A program made the position numbers and the translations under genes. Shown piece after piece: positions 19,429 to 28,203 of a stretch of DNA of 55,466 nt. The stretch is from an uncultured delta proteobacterium (GTDB taxonomy: Bacteria; Myxococcota_A; Polyangia; Polyangiales; JADJMO01). The notes beneath the pieces are model-generated. The model was given only the letters and a program-made list of their open reading frames with translations, was not told the origin of the DNA and searched no databases. The stretch covers positions 1 through 55,466 of the forward strand of contig CAIXWQ010001095.1 in the NCBI GenBank assembly GCA_903923175.1. Direction: 5' to 3'. Position 1 is the stretch's first letter. Every line of letters starts with the position of its first letter.

Positions 19429-20718
19429 ATGGCAAAGCAGGGTGAAATCGTCGTCGGCCTCGACATCGGCACCACCAAGGTGTGCGCGGTCGTGGCCGAG
19501 GTGAAAGGGACGCCCAGCGAATCGTTCACCGAGCTGGAGATCCTCGGGGTCGGCAACGTCCCCTGCAAGGGGCTCCGCAAGGGGGTCGTCGCGAACGTCG
19601 CGTCGACGACCGAGTCGATTCGCCTCGCGATCGAAGAAGCGCAGAACATGGCCGGGGTCGAGATCCGGACCGTGTTCGCCGGCATCGCGGGGAGCCACGT
19701 GCGCGCCCAGCGGAGCAACGGCGTGGTCGCGATCGCCACCAACGAGGTCACGCGCAGCGACGTCGACCGCGTGCTCGAGAACGCGCGCGCCATCCCGATC
19801 CCCACCGACCGCAAGATCCTCCACGTGCTGCCGAGCGAGTTCCTCGTCGACACGCAGGACGGCATCCGCGAGCCCGTCGGCATGAGCGGCGTCCGCCTCG
19901 AGGCGAAGGCCCAGCTCATCACCGCCGCGAGCTCCTGCGTCGAGAACGTCATCAAGTGCGCGGAGCGCGTCGGCCTGCACGTCGCCGACGTCGTGCTCGA
20001 GCCGCTCGCCAGCGCCGAGGCCGTCATCACCGAGGACGAGCGCGAGATCGGCGTCGCCGTGGTCGACATCGGCGGCGGCACCACCGACGTCATCCTCTAC
20101 GTCGACGGCGGCATCGTCAGCGCGAGCGTCATCCCGGTCGGCGGCATGAGCGTCACCAGCGACATCGCGGCCGGACTGCGCACGCCGATGGCCGAGGCCG
20201 AGCGGCTCAAGCACACCAAGGGGTGCGCGCTGGGCCGCATGGTCCCCGACGACGAGGAGATGGAAGTGCCCGGCGTCGGCGGCTATCCCGCGCGCCGCGT
20301 CGCGCGCCGCGTCCTCGCCGACATCATCGAGCCCCGCGTCGAGGAGATCTTCGCGGTCGTGCGGCGCCAGCTCGAGGAGAGCGGGTACCTCGAGCAGCTC
20401 TCGGCCGGCGTGGTCCTCTGCGGTGGCGCCGTGCTCATGGAAGGCATGACGGAGCTCGGCGAGGAGATCCTCGGCATGCCCGTCCGCCGCGGCTACCCGA
20501 TCGGCACGCGCGGCCTGACCGATCTCACCCACGGCCCCCAGTTCGCGACGGCCGTCGGCCTCGCGCGCTACGGCGCCAAGGCCCTCCAGGCGGCGACGGT
20601 TCGCGAAGACGAGCCCGCCTCCGCGGTCATGCGCGCGGGCGACAAGGCGCGTGAGGAGCCGGCGGCTCCGGCCGGAGAGCGCTCCGGGTTCTGGGGTTGG
20701 CTCAAGGCCGCCTTCTAA
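19429..20718 (+). CDS. ftsA: Cell division protein FtsA
   Basis: VGLDIGTTKV, GLRKGVV, HVLPSEFLVD, EPVGMSGVRLEA, VDIGGGTTD, AEAERLK, GVVLCGG, PQFATAVGL. Confidence 0.98.
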   Translation: MAKQGEIVVGLDIGTTKVCAVVAEVKGTPSESFTELEILGVGNVPCKGLRKGVVANVASTTESIRLAIEEAQNMAGVEIRTVFAGIAGSHVRAQRSNGVVAIATNEVTRSDVDRVLENARAIPIPTDRKILHVLPSEFLVDTQDGIREPVGMSGVRLEAKAQLITAASSCVENVIKCAERVGLHVADVVLEPLASAEAVITEDEREIGVAVVDIGGGTTDVILYVDGGIVSASVIPVGGMSVTSDIAAGLRTPMAEAERLKHTKGCALGRMVPDDEEMEVPGVGGYPARRVARRVLADIIEPRVEEIFAVVRRQLEESGYLEQLSAGVVLCGGAVLMEGMTELGEEILGMPVRRGYPIGTRGLTDLTHGPQFATAVGLARYGAKALQAATVREDEPASAVMRAGDKAREEPAAPAGERSGFWGWLKAAF

Positions 20719-21035
20719 GACTTGAACCGTGTCTGATTGGACACGGACGACTTGGTAAAATCAGAGTGAGCTTCGCTTATTAAGTGCTTTATGAAGTGAG
20801 CGTTTCGTGATTGATTGTCGGCGGGGATTTCCGAGGTTCGCGACGAAGTACGGGGAAGAGGCGCCCCGGTCGCGAAGCGAGGATCCGACGCCGACGAACG
20901 GAGCCGACGTCAGAGGCTCCGCGTAGTTGTTCTAGGGCGTTCGGGGATCACGGACTGCACGCGACGACCATCCGAGTCGGCGACCGAAGGGTCGATCCGA
21001 TTCGTCGAGGGGGGTTGCGGCACGCGGAGGGCGAG
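20719..21035 (+). promoter_or_regulatory. Long ftsA-ftsZ intergenic region: AT-rich patch, palindromes and nested hairpins
   Basis: CCGTGTC/GACACGG (20727-20746); CTTA-T-TAAG and AGTGAGC repeats (20765-20801); TTCGCGAC/GTCGCGAA enclosing CGGGG/CCCCG (20837-20876); CGGAGCC/GGCTCCG (20899-20921). Confidence 0.55.
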
Positions 21036-22349
21036 ATGGGCTTCCAGATCGAGTTTGCGGACGAGCAGCAGGAGAGCCAGGCGCGGATCAAGGTCATCGG
21101 CGTCGGCGGCTCGGGAAACAACGCCGTCAACACGATGATCGAGTTCGGGCTCGACGGCGTGGAGTTCATCGCGATCAACACGGATCGCCAGGCGCTCGAC
21201 GCGAACGCGGCACCGACCAAGTTGCAGATCGGCGCGGCCGTGACCAAGGGCCTCGGCGCGGGTGCGAACCCCGACCAGGGGCGCAAGGCCGCGATGGAGG
21301 ACGTGAACCGCATCAAGGAGCTCGTCTCCGGCGCGGACATGGTCTTCATCACCGCCGGCATGGGCGGCGGCACGGGCACGGGCGCGGCGCCTATCGTCGC
21401 GCAGATCGCGCGAGAAGAGGGCGCGCTGACCGTCGGCGTCGTCACCAAGCCGTTCATCTTCGAGGGGCGTCAGCGCAGCCGTCGCGCGGAGCAGGGGCTC
21501 CACTGGCTGACCGAGCACGTCGACACTCTCATCACGATTCCGAACCAGAAGCTCTTCGATCTCGGAGAGGAACTGACGTTCATCGAGGCGTTCAAGCGCG
21601 CCGATGAAGTGCTCTATCAGGCCGTGCGCGGCATCTCGGATCTCATCACGCAGATCGGCATCGTCAATGTCGACTTCGCCGACGTGAAGACCGTCATGTC
21701 GAACATGGGTCGCGCCCTCATGGGCAGCGGCTGCGCCAAGGGCCAGGGCCGCGCGCGCAGCGCGGCCGAGATGGCCATCCAGAGCCCGCTGCTCGACAAC
21801 ATCTCGGTCGACGGCGCGACCGGAATCCTCCTCAACATCGTCGGCGGCGCCGACATGAAGATGCGAGAGATCGAAGAGGCGTGCGCGCTCATCCACGAGC
21901 AGGCGCACGAGGACGCGAACATCATCTTCGGCGCTTCGATCGATCCGAGCCTCGGCGAGATGGTGAAGGTCACCGTCATCGCGACCGGCTTCGATCGCGC
22001 TCCGTCGCAGGAAGTCGACGCGCACTCCTCTTCGGCGACCTCGTCGTCGCGGATGTCGATGCCGTCGTCGCTGCCGCAGCAGGTCCAGCCGCTCGCGCGG
22101 CAGGTCAGCCGCCCGGCGCCCGCGCGCGAGCAGGAGCCGATGTACACGCCGCAGCCGATGCCCTCGCGCCGCGGGATCCCCGCCGCGACGGCGTCGCACC
22201 CGGCCACGCGCGATCTGCGCGACGTCCGCGACCTGCGCGAGCCGCAGCCCGCGTCGGTCGTGCGCGGCGCGGAGCGCAACACCGAGCGCTATCCGTCGCC
22301 GGTCGACCAGGACTGGGACATCCCGGCCTTCGTCCGTCGCAACCAGTAA
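21036..22349 (+). CDS. ftsZ: Cell division GTPase FtsZ
   Basis: [46 protein letters not shown]-terminal [16 protein letters not shown] upstream of ATG 21036. Confidence 0.99.
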   Translation: MGFQIEFADEQQESQARIKVIGVGGSGNNAVNTMIEFGLDGVEFIAINTDRQALDANAAPTKLQIGAAVTKGLGAGANPDQGRKAAMEDVNRIKELVSGADMVFITAGMGGGTGTGAAPIVAQIAREEGALTVGVVTKPFIFEGRQRSRRAEQGLHWLTEHVDTLITIPNQKLFDLGEELTFIEAFKRADEVLYQAVRGISDLITQIGIVNVDFADVKTVMSNMGRALMGSGCAKGQGRARSAAEMAIQSPLLDNISVDGATGILLNIVGGADMKMREIEEACALIHEQAHEDANIIFGASIDPSLGEMVKVTVIATGFDRAPSQEVDAHSSSATSSSRMSMPSSLPQQVQPLARQVSRPAPAREQEPMYTPQPMPSRRGIPAATASHPATRDLRDVRDLREPQPASVVRGAERNTERYPSPVDQDWDIPAFVRRNQ

Positions 22350-22382
22350 GCCACGACTCCGAGCGCGTCCTCCGCGGACGAG

Positions 22383-22436
22383 CGCCCCCGCCTAGCCGGC
22401 ATTGCCTCGGCCGGCTGCGGGGGCGTCGTGTTTTTG
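22383..22436 (+). terminator. Intrinsic terminator candidate after ftsZ
   Basis: CGCCCCCGC..AGCCGGC-loop-GCCGGCT-GCGGGGGCG stem, followed by TCGTGTTTTT. Confidence 0.65.
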
Positions 22437-22489
22437 TGCCTCGCGGCGCGCGACGCCCCCGCCTGGGCCTGCTATAACGCGACGCGACA

Positions 22490-24217
22490 ATGGCCCGCCT
22501 AACCGAAGCCCTCGATTCGATCCTCGACCCGAACGGCAACCCCGCGCTGCAGGTGCGGACGCGTGGCCGAGAGGTCCTTCGCGATCCCCTCGTGAACAAG
22601 GGGACGGCGTTCACGCGCGAGGAGCGGACCGCGCTCGGCCTCGACGGGCTGCTGCCGCCGGTGGTCGAGGGGCTCGAGAAGCAGCTCGATCGCGCCTACA
22701 CGGCGTTCCACCGCGAGCCCTCGTCGCTCGCCAAGCACCGCTACCTCCGCGCGCTCCAGGATCGGCAGGAGATCCTCTACTTCGCGCTGCTCGCCCGCCA
22801 TCTGCACGAGATGCTGCCGATCGTCTACACGCCGACCGTCGGCGAGGCGTGCCAGCAGTTCCACAAGATCTACGAGGACGCGCGCGGCCTCTCGCTCTCC
22901 GCCGGCGACGTCGGGCGCATGGACGAGATCCTCGCCGGCTACCCGCTCGACGACGTCCGCATGATCGTCGCCACCGACTCGTCGGCCATCCTCGGCATCG
23001 GCGACCAGGGGTACGGCGGGCTCGGCATCCCGATCGGCAAGCTCGCGCTGTACACCGTCGGCGGCGGCGTGAGCCCCTACCAGACGCTCCCGGTCGTGCT
23101 CGACGTCGGCACCGATCGGCTCGATCTCATCGACGATCCGCTCTACCTCGGTGTGCGCCAGCGGCGCCTGCGCGGCGACGACTACCTCCGCCTGCTCGAC
23201 GCGTTCGTGGCGGGCGTGAAGAAGCGCTGGCCGAACGCCGTCATGCAGTGGGAGGACCTGTCGAAGGACACCGCCTTCTCGGTGCTCGAGCGCTACCGCG
23301 ACGCGCTGCCGTCGTTCAACGACGACGTGCAGGGGACGGGCGCCGTGGCGCTCGCGGGCGTGCTCTCGGCGTGTCGACTCAAGGGCGAGCGGCTGCGCGA
23401 TCAGCGCGTGATCGTGAGCGGCGCCGGCGCGGGCGGCGGCGGCGTCGCGACGGCGATCCGCGAGGGGATGATGCGCGACGGCCTGAGCCTCGAGGAGGCG
23501 AACGCGCGCCTCTACGTGCTCGACTCCAAGGGGCTGCTCACCGAGGAGCGGGCCGCTTCGATGGAGGAGTACAAACGCACCTTCGCCTGGCCGCGCGAGC
23601 GCCTCGCCGGCTGGACGCTCTCCTCGCCGATCCCGACGCTGCAAGACTGCATCGAGAACGCGAAGCCGACGGTGCTGCTCGGGCTCTCCGGGCAGTCGCG
23701 CTCGTTCGACGAGCGCGCGGTCCGCGCGATGGCGAAGGCGTGCGCGCGGCCCATCGTCTTCCCGCTGTCGAACCCGACCAGCGCCTGCGAGGCGCTCCCG
23801 GAGGATCTCGTCGCGTGGACGGAAGGGCGCGCGATCGTCGCGACCGGCAGCCCCTTCGCGCCCGTCTACTTCGAGGGGCAGACCTACGTGGTCGGCCAGG
23901 GGAACAACGCCTTCATCTTCCCTGGCCTCGGCCAGGGGGTCATCCTCTGCGGCGCGCGCAAGATCACCGACTCGATGGTGCTCGCGGCGGCGTACGCGCT
24001 CGCCGACATGGTCGAGGCGCGCTATCCGCAGCTCGTCTATCCGCCCGTCGAGGCGCTCGCCGAGGCCTCGATCCGCGTCGCCGCGCGCGTGATCGCGCAG
24101 GCGGTCGCCGAGGGGGTCGCCACGGTCCGACCGGAAGATCCGCAGGCGATCGAGGCGCTCGTGCGGCGACGCCGCTGGCTTCCGGAGTATGTGCCAGTCG
24201 TCCCCGCGCCGCGCTGA
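22490..24217 (+). CDS. maeA: NAD-dependent malic enzyme
   Basis: NKGTAFT..ER..LGLDGLLPP, LPIVYTPTVGEAC, ILGIGDQG, GKLALY, LYLGVRQRR, FNDDVQGTG, PLSNPT, QGNNAFIFPG. Confidence 0.95.
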   Translation: MARLTEALDSILDPNGNPALQVRTRGREVLRDPLVNKGTAFTREERTALGLDGLLPPVVEGLEKQLDRAYTAFHREPSSLAKHRYLRALQDRQEILYFALLARHLHEMLPIVYTPTVGEACQQFHKIYEDARGLSLSAGDVGRMDEILAGYPLDDVRMIVATDSSAILGIGDQGYGGLGIPIGKLALYTVGGGVSPYQTLPVVLDVGTDRLDLIDDPLYLGVRQRRLRGDDYLRLLDAFVAGVKKRWPNAVMQWEDLSKDTAFSVLERYRDALPSFNDDVQGTGAVALAGVLSACRLKGERLRDQRVIVSGAGAGGGGVATAIREGMMRDGLSLEEANARLYVLDSKGLLTEERAASMEEYKRTFAWPRERLAGWTLSSPIPTLQDCIENAKPTVLLGLSGQSRSFDERAVRAMAKACARPIVFPLSNPTSACEALPEDLVAWTEGRAIVATGSPFAPVYFEGQTYVVGQGNNAFIFPGLGQGVILCGARKITDSMVLAAAYALADMVEARYPQLVYPPVEALAEASIRVAARVIAQAVAEGVATVRPEDPQAIEALVRRRRWLPEYVPVVPAPR

Positions 24218-24282
24218 GGCAGAGGTTCGCGGCGAGGGCGCCTGCCCGCGTGCCGGCGGACGTGGTAGCGCCGCCCTCCGAG

Positions 24283-26199
24283 ATGAGCTCGCGCGTCGAC
24301 CTCGGTGATCCGATCCGCCTCCCGACCGAGGGGGGCGAGGTCGCGATCGTCGCGCACGGCGGGCTGCCGATGTCCGCGTTCGACGCCGAGGGGCGTTTCG
24401 TCGACGTGAACGAGGCGTGGGTCGCGCTGTTCGGCTGGACGCGCGCCGAGGCGCTCGGGATGTCGGTCGCCGACGTCAGCGGCGAGCCGAGCGTCACGCT
24501 CTCCGCGATCGCCGCGGCGCAGCTGCGCGGCGGCATGCGCATCGCGATTCGCCTGCATCGCCGCAAGGACGGCTCCACCTTCGCGGCCGAGCACACCACC
24601 GCCATCATCCGGAGCGGCGCCCGCAGCTACCTCTACACGATCATCCGCGAGCTCGAGGACGAGCGGCGCGCCGAGCTCGCGCGCCGTCGCAGCGACGCGA
24701 GCTTCCGCGCCCTCATCGAGACGATGCCCGACGGCGTGGTCGTGCACCGCCACGGCACGATCGTCTACGTGAACCCGCGCGCGCGCGCGATGCTCGGCTA
24801 CGACTCGCTCGACGAGATCGTCGGTCGCCACGCGCTCGAGCTGATCCACCCCGACGACCGCGCCGCCGTGATCGAGCGCGTCCGCGTGATGCTCACCGTC
24901 GGCGGCACCGCGCCCCCCGTCGAGGAGCGCTTCCTCCGCAAGGACGGCACCAGCGTCACCGTCGAGGTCGCCGCGATGCCGACGGAGTTCGCCGAGGAGC
25001 CGGCCGTCCTCGCGATCGTGCGCGATCTCAGCGCCCGCAAGGCGATGGAGGCGAGCCTCGTGACTGCCGACCGGCTCGCCTCGCTCGGACGCCTCGCCGC
25101 CGCGGTGGCGCACGAGATCAACAATCCGCTCGCGTACGTGATGGGCAACCTCCAGGTCCTCTCGCGCGAGCTGGCGCGCGCCGGCGACCGCGTGCCCGAG
25201 GAGCTGCGCGCGAGCTTCGCGCAGCGCATCGCGATCGCCGAGGACGGCGCGGCGCGCGTGCGCGACATCGTGCGCGACGTGAAGACGCTCTCGCTCGTCG
25301 AGGGGGCGCCCGAGCCGGTCGAGCTGCACCGCGTCCTCGACGTGTGCGTGAACATGGCCGAGCACGAGATCCGCCACCGCGCGCGCCTCGTGAAGCGCTA
25401 TGGCCCCGCCGCGCGCGTGCTCGCCAGCGAGGCCCGGCTCGGCCAGGTCTTCCTGAACCTGCTGGTCAACGCCGCGCAGGCGATCCCCGAGGGGAACGTC
25501 GACGGCAACGAGATCGTCGTCGAGACGTCGCGTCCGTCGCCCGAGGAGGTGGTCGTGTGCGTCCACGACACGGGCAGCGGCGTGCCGGACGCGATCGTCG
25601 ATCGCATCTTCGACCCGTTCTTCACGACCAAGGCGCGCGGCAAGGGCTCGGGGCTCGGGCTCGCGATCTCGCGCGACGTGGTCGCGTCGCTGGGCGGCAC
25701 CATCTCCGTCGAGCCGCGCGGCGACGGGGCGCGCGGGACGACCTTCTGCGCGCGGCTGCCGACGAGCGAGCGGATGCCGAGCTTCGCGCTGACGCCTGCG
25801 CCGCGGCCGGTGGGGCCGACGAGGCCGCCGATCCTCCTCGTCGACGACGAGCCGCGCCTCGCCCGCGTGCTCGAGGCGCAGCTCGAGGGCGACTACGACG
25901 TCACGATCGCGCACAGCGGCCGACAGGCCATCGAGCTGCTCGGTCGCTTCGCCGCGTTCTCCGCGATCGTCTGCGACGTGCTGATGCCCGACCTGACCGG
26001 CGGCGACGTCTTCGAGTGGCTGCGCACGCACCACCCGGGGCTCGAGCGGCGGGTGATCTTCATGACCGGCGGCACGCTCTCGGCCGCCGCGCGCGCCACG
26101 CTCGACGCGAGCGAAGGCCGCATCCTCGCCAAGCCGTTCGGCGTCGACGAGCTTCGCCGCGCGATCGAAGGCGTGCGCACGCAGGCCGCGACGCGCTGA
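24283..26199 (+). CDS. Cytoplasmic hybrid histidine kinase (PAS-PAS-HisKA-HATPase-REC)
   Basis: PAS1 FVDVNEAWVALFGW, PAS2 IVYVNPRA...HPDDR, H-box AHEINNPL, LNLLVNAAQA, DTGSG, FDPFFTTK, GSGLGL, REC LLVDDE...CDVLMP...KPF. Confidence 0.93.
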   Translation: MSSRVDLGDPIRLPTEGGEVAIVAHGGLPMSAFDAEGRFVDVNEAWVALFGWTRAEALGMSVADVSGEPSVTLSAIAAAQLRGGMRIAIRLHRRKDGSTFAAEHTTAIIRSGARSYLYTIIRELEDERRAELARRRSDASFRALIETMPDGVVVHRHGTIVYVNPRARAMLGYDSLDEIVGRHALELIHPDDRAAVIERVRVMLTVGGTAPPVEERFLRKDGTSVTVEVAAMPTEFAEEPAVLAIVRDLSARKAMEASLVTADRLASLGRLAAAVAHEINNPLAYVMGNLQVLSRELARAGDRVPEELRASFAQRIAIAEDGAARVRDIVRDVKTLSLVEGAPEPVELHRVLDVCVNMAEHEIRHRARLVKRYGPAARVLASEARLGQVFLNLLVNAAQAIPEGNVDGNEIVVETSRPSPEEVVVCVHDTGSGVPDAIVDRIFDPFFTTKARGKGSGLGLAISRDVVASLGGTISVEPRGDGARGTTFCARLPTSERMPSFALTPAPRPVGPTRPPILLVDDEPRLARVLEAQLEGDYDVTIAHSGRQAIELLGRFAAFSAIVCDVLMPDLTGGDVFEWLRTHHPGLERRVIFMTGGTLSAAARATLDASEGRILAKPFGVDELRRAIEGVRTQAATR

Positions 26200-26205
26200 G
26201 CGACG

Positions 26206-26997
26206 TCAGCCGCCGTCGGTCCGCTCGGCCGGCTCGGTGGGCTCGGTCGCGTCCGTGGCGTCGACCGGCGAGGCGACGGGCTCTTCGCCGCCGCCCTTCG
26301 GGAGCCCCTCGCGCAGCCGGTAGCCGACGCCGGGCTCGGTGAGCAGGTAGCGCGGGCGGGCGGGGTTGGCCTCGAGCTTGTGCCGCAGCTGCGCCATGTA
26401 GACGCGGAGGTAGTGCGTCTGCCCCATGTACGGCGGGCCCCAGACCTCGCGCAGCAGCTGCCGGTGCGTGATCACCTTGCCGATCGAGCGCGCCAGCGTG
26501 GACAGGAGCTTGTACTCGATCGGCGTGAGCCGGATCTCCTTGCCGTCGACGGTCACGCGGCGCACCGGCATGTCGAGCTTCAGGTCGCCCGTCTCGACGA
26601 CCGCGCCCGGGTCGTCGCCAGCGCGCGCGGCGTGGCGGAGCGCGACGCGCATGCGGGCGAGCAGCTCGCTCGCGCCGAAGGGCTTGGTCAGGTAGTCGTC
26701 GGCGCCGCCGTCGAGCGCGGCGACCTTGTCGGCCTCCTGGCCGCGCGCCGAGATCACCACGATCGGCGTGCGCGACCACTCGCGCAGGCGCCGCGTGACC
26801 TCGAGGCCGTCGATGTCGGGCAGCCCGAGATCGAGCAGCACGATGTCGGGGTTCTTCGCCGCGGCGTCGGCGAGCGCTTGCTCGCCGCTCGTCGTGGTGG
26901 CGCAGCGATACCCGTTGGCGAGCAGCGTCGCGCGCAGGAAGCGCTGAAGCTCGGGCTCGTCTTCGACGATGAGGGCGAGGGGCTCCGGAAGGGCCAT
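26206..26997 (-). CDS. kdpE: KdpE-type OmpR-family response regulator
   Basis: LIVEDE, LLDLGLPDIDG, RLREWS, LDGGADDYLTKPF, LTPIEYKLL, HYLRVYMAQLRHKLE.NPARPRYLLTEPGVGYRL. Confidence 0.9.
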   Translation of the reverse strand: MALPEPLALIVEDEPELQRFLRATLLANGYRCATTTSGEQALADAAAKNPDIVLLDLGLPDIDGLEVTRRLREWSRTPIVVISARGQEADKVAALDGGADDYLTKPFGASELLARMRVALRHAARAGDDPGAVVETGDLKLDMPVRRVTVDGKEIRLTPIEYKLLSTLARSIGKVITHRQLLREVWGPPYMGQTHYLRVYMAQLRHKLEANPARPRYLLTEPGVGYRLREGLPKGGGEEPVASPVDATDATEPTEPAERTDGG

Positions 26998-27036
26998 ATG
27001 GGTTCCCTATCTAGCCTGTCGTGTTGCGGGTGCGAA

Positions 27037-28203
27037 TCAAGGTGGCGACAAGGTAGCGCCCCGACTCGAATCGCGCAGCGAGGGCGGGGCGCTCGCAGGC
27101 TCTTCGGTGAGCGGCGGCGGCGGCTCGCCGAGGGGCAGCGAGAACGCGAAGGTCGTCCCGTCGCGTCGGCGCTCGACCCAGGTCCGACCTCCGTGGACCA
27201 TCAGGATTCCTCGGCAAATCGCGAGTCCGAGCCCGCTGCCGACCCTGCCTTTGGAGCCAGCCGCGCGGTAGAACTTCTCGAAGACGTGCGCCTCCTCTTC
27301 GGGCGCGAGCCCCGGGCCCCAGTCACGCACCTCCACCGTCAGCGCGCCGTCGCTGGCGCGGGCGCGGACCTCGATGGGCGAGCCGGCGGGCGTGTACTTC
27401 AGGGCGTTGTCGAGGAAGTTCGCCAGGACCTGCTCGATCAGCGTCGGATCGATGGCGACCAGCGGCAGGTCGTCGGCGACGTCGGTCCGCACCGGGCGCC
27501 CTTGGAGCTGCGTCTCGAGCCGACTGAGCGCGGAGCCGATGACCTCCTCGATCGGTTGCCAGTCCTTCTCGGGGCGCACGGAGCCCGCCTCGAGCCGCGT
27601 CATCGCCAGCAGGTTGGTCACCAGGTTGCCGAGGCGCGAGGCCTCGCTGGCGATCGACTGCAGCAGGGCCACGCGCGTCGGCGCGTCGAGACGATCGCGA
27701 TCCTGCATGAGCGTCGTGGCGGCGCCGGTGATCGCGGCGAGCGGCGTGCGCAGGTCGTGCGAGACCACGCTCAGCAGCACGTTGCGCTGCCGCTCGACCT
27801 CCACCTCCATGCGGGCGTGCTCCGCGCGCTGCTCGTGCTGGCGGGCGCGCTCGGTGAGCGTGCTGATCAGCAGCCCGACGACGAGCATGACGATGAAGAC
27901 GAGGAGGTACTTGATCTCCGACGTGAGCAGCGAGCCGTACGGCGGCACGAAGAAGTAGTCGAAGAGCGCGGTGCCGGTCACCGTGGCGAAGATCGCGGGG
28001 AGCCGGCCGCATCGCGTCGCGACCACGACGATCCCGAGCAGGAAGATCATCGCCAGGTTGGCGAGCTCGACCGACTGGAAGAGCAGCGCCGACGTGATCG
28101 TGCAGGCGAGCACGACCGCGGCCGCCTCGACCCACCGCCGCGCGCGCTCGCGCGTCTCCGACGTCGAGGTCGAGGTCGAGGAGAGCGAGAGCGCCGGTCT
28201 CAT
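27037..28203 (-). CDS. Truncated KdpD-like sensor kinase (DUF4118 membrane domain-HisKA-HATPase only)
   Basis: NLAMIFLLGIVVVA...FDYFFVPPY (KdpD TM domain), SHDLRTPLAAI, NFLDNALKY, DWGPG, FEKFYR, GSGLGLAIC. No N-terminal KdpD/USP domain and no GAF domain. Confidence 0.88.
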   Translation of the reverse strand: MRPALSLSSTSTSTSETRERARRWVEAAAVVLACTITSALLFQSVELANLAMIFLLGIVVVATRCGRLPAIFATVTGTALFDYFFVPPYGSLLTSEIKYLLVFIVMLVVGLLISTLTERARQHEQRAEHARMEVEVERQRNVLLSVVSHDLRTPLAAITGAATTLMQDRDRLDAPTRVALLQSIASEASRLGNLVTNLLAMTRLEAGSVRPEKDWQPIEEVIGSALSRLETQLQGRPVRTDVADDLPLVAIDPTLIEQVLANFLDNALKYTPAGSPIEVRARASDGALTVEVRDWGPGLAPEEEAHVFEKFYRAAGSKGRVGSGLGLAICRGILMVHGGRTWVERRRDGTTFAFSLPLGEPPPPLTEEPASAPPSLRDSSRGATLSPP

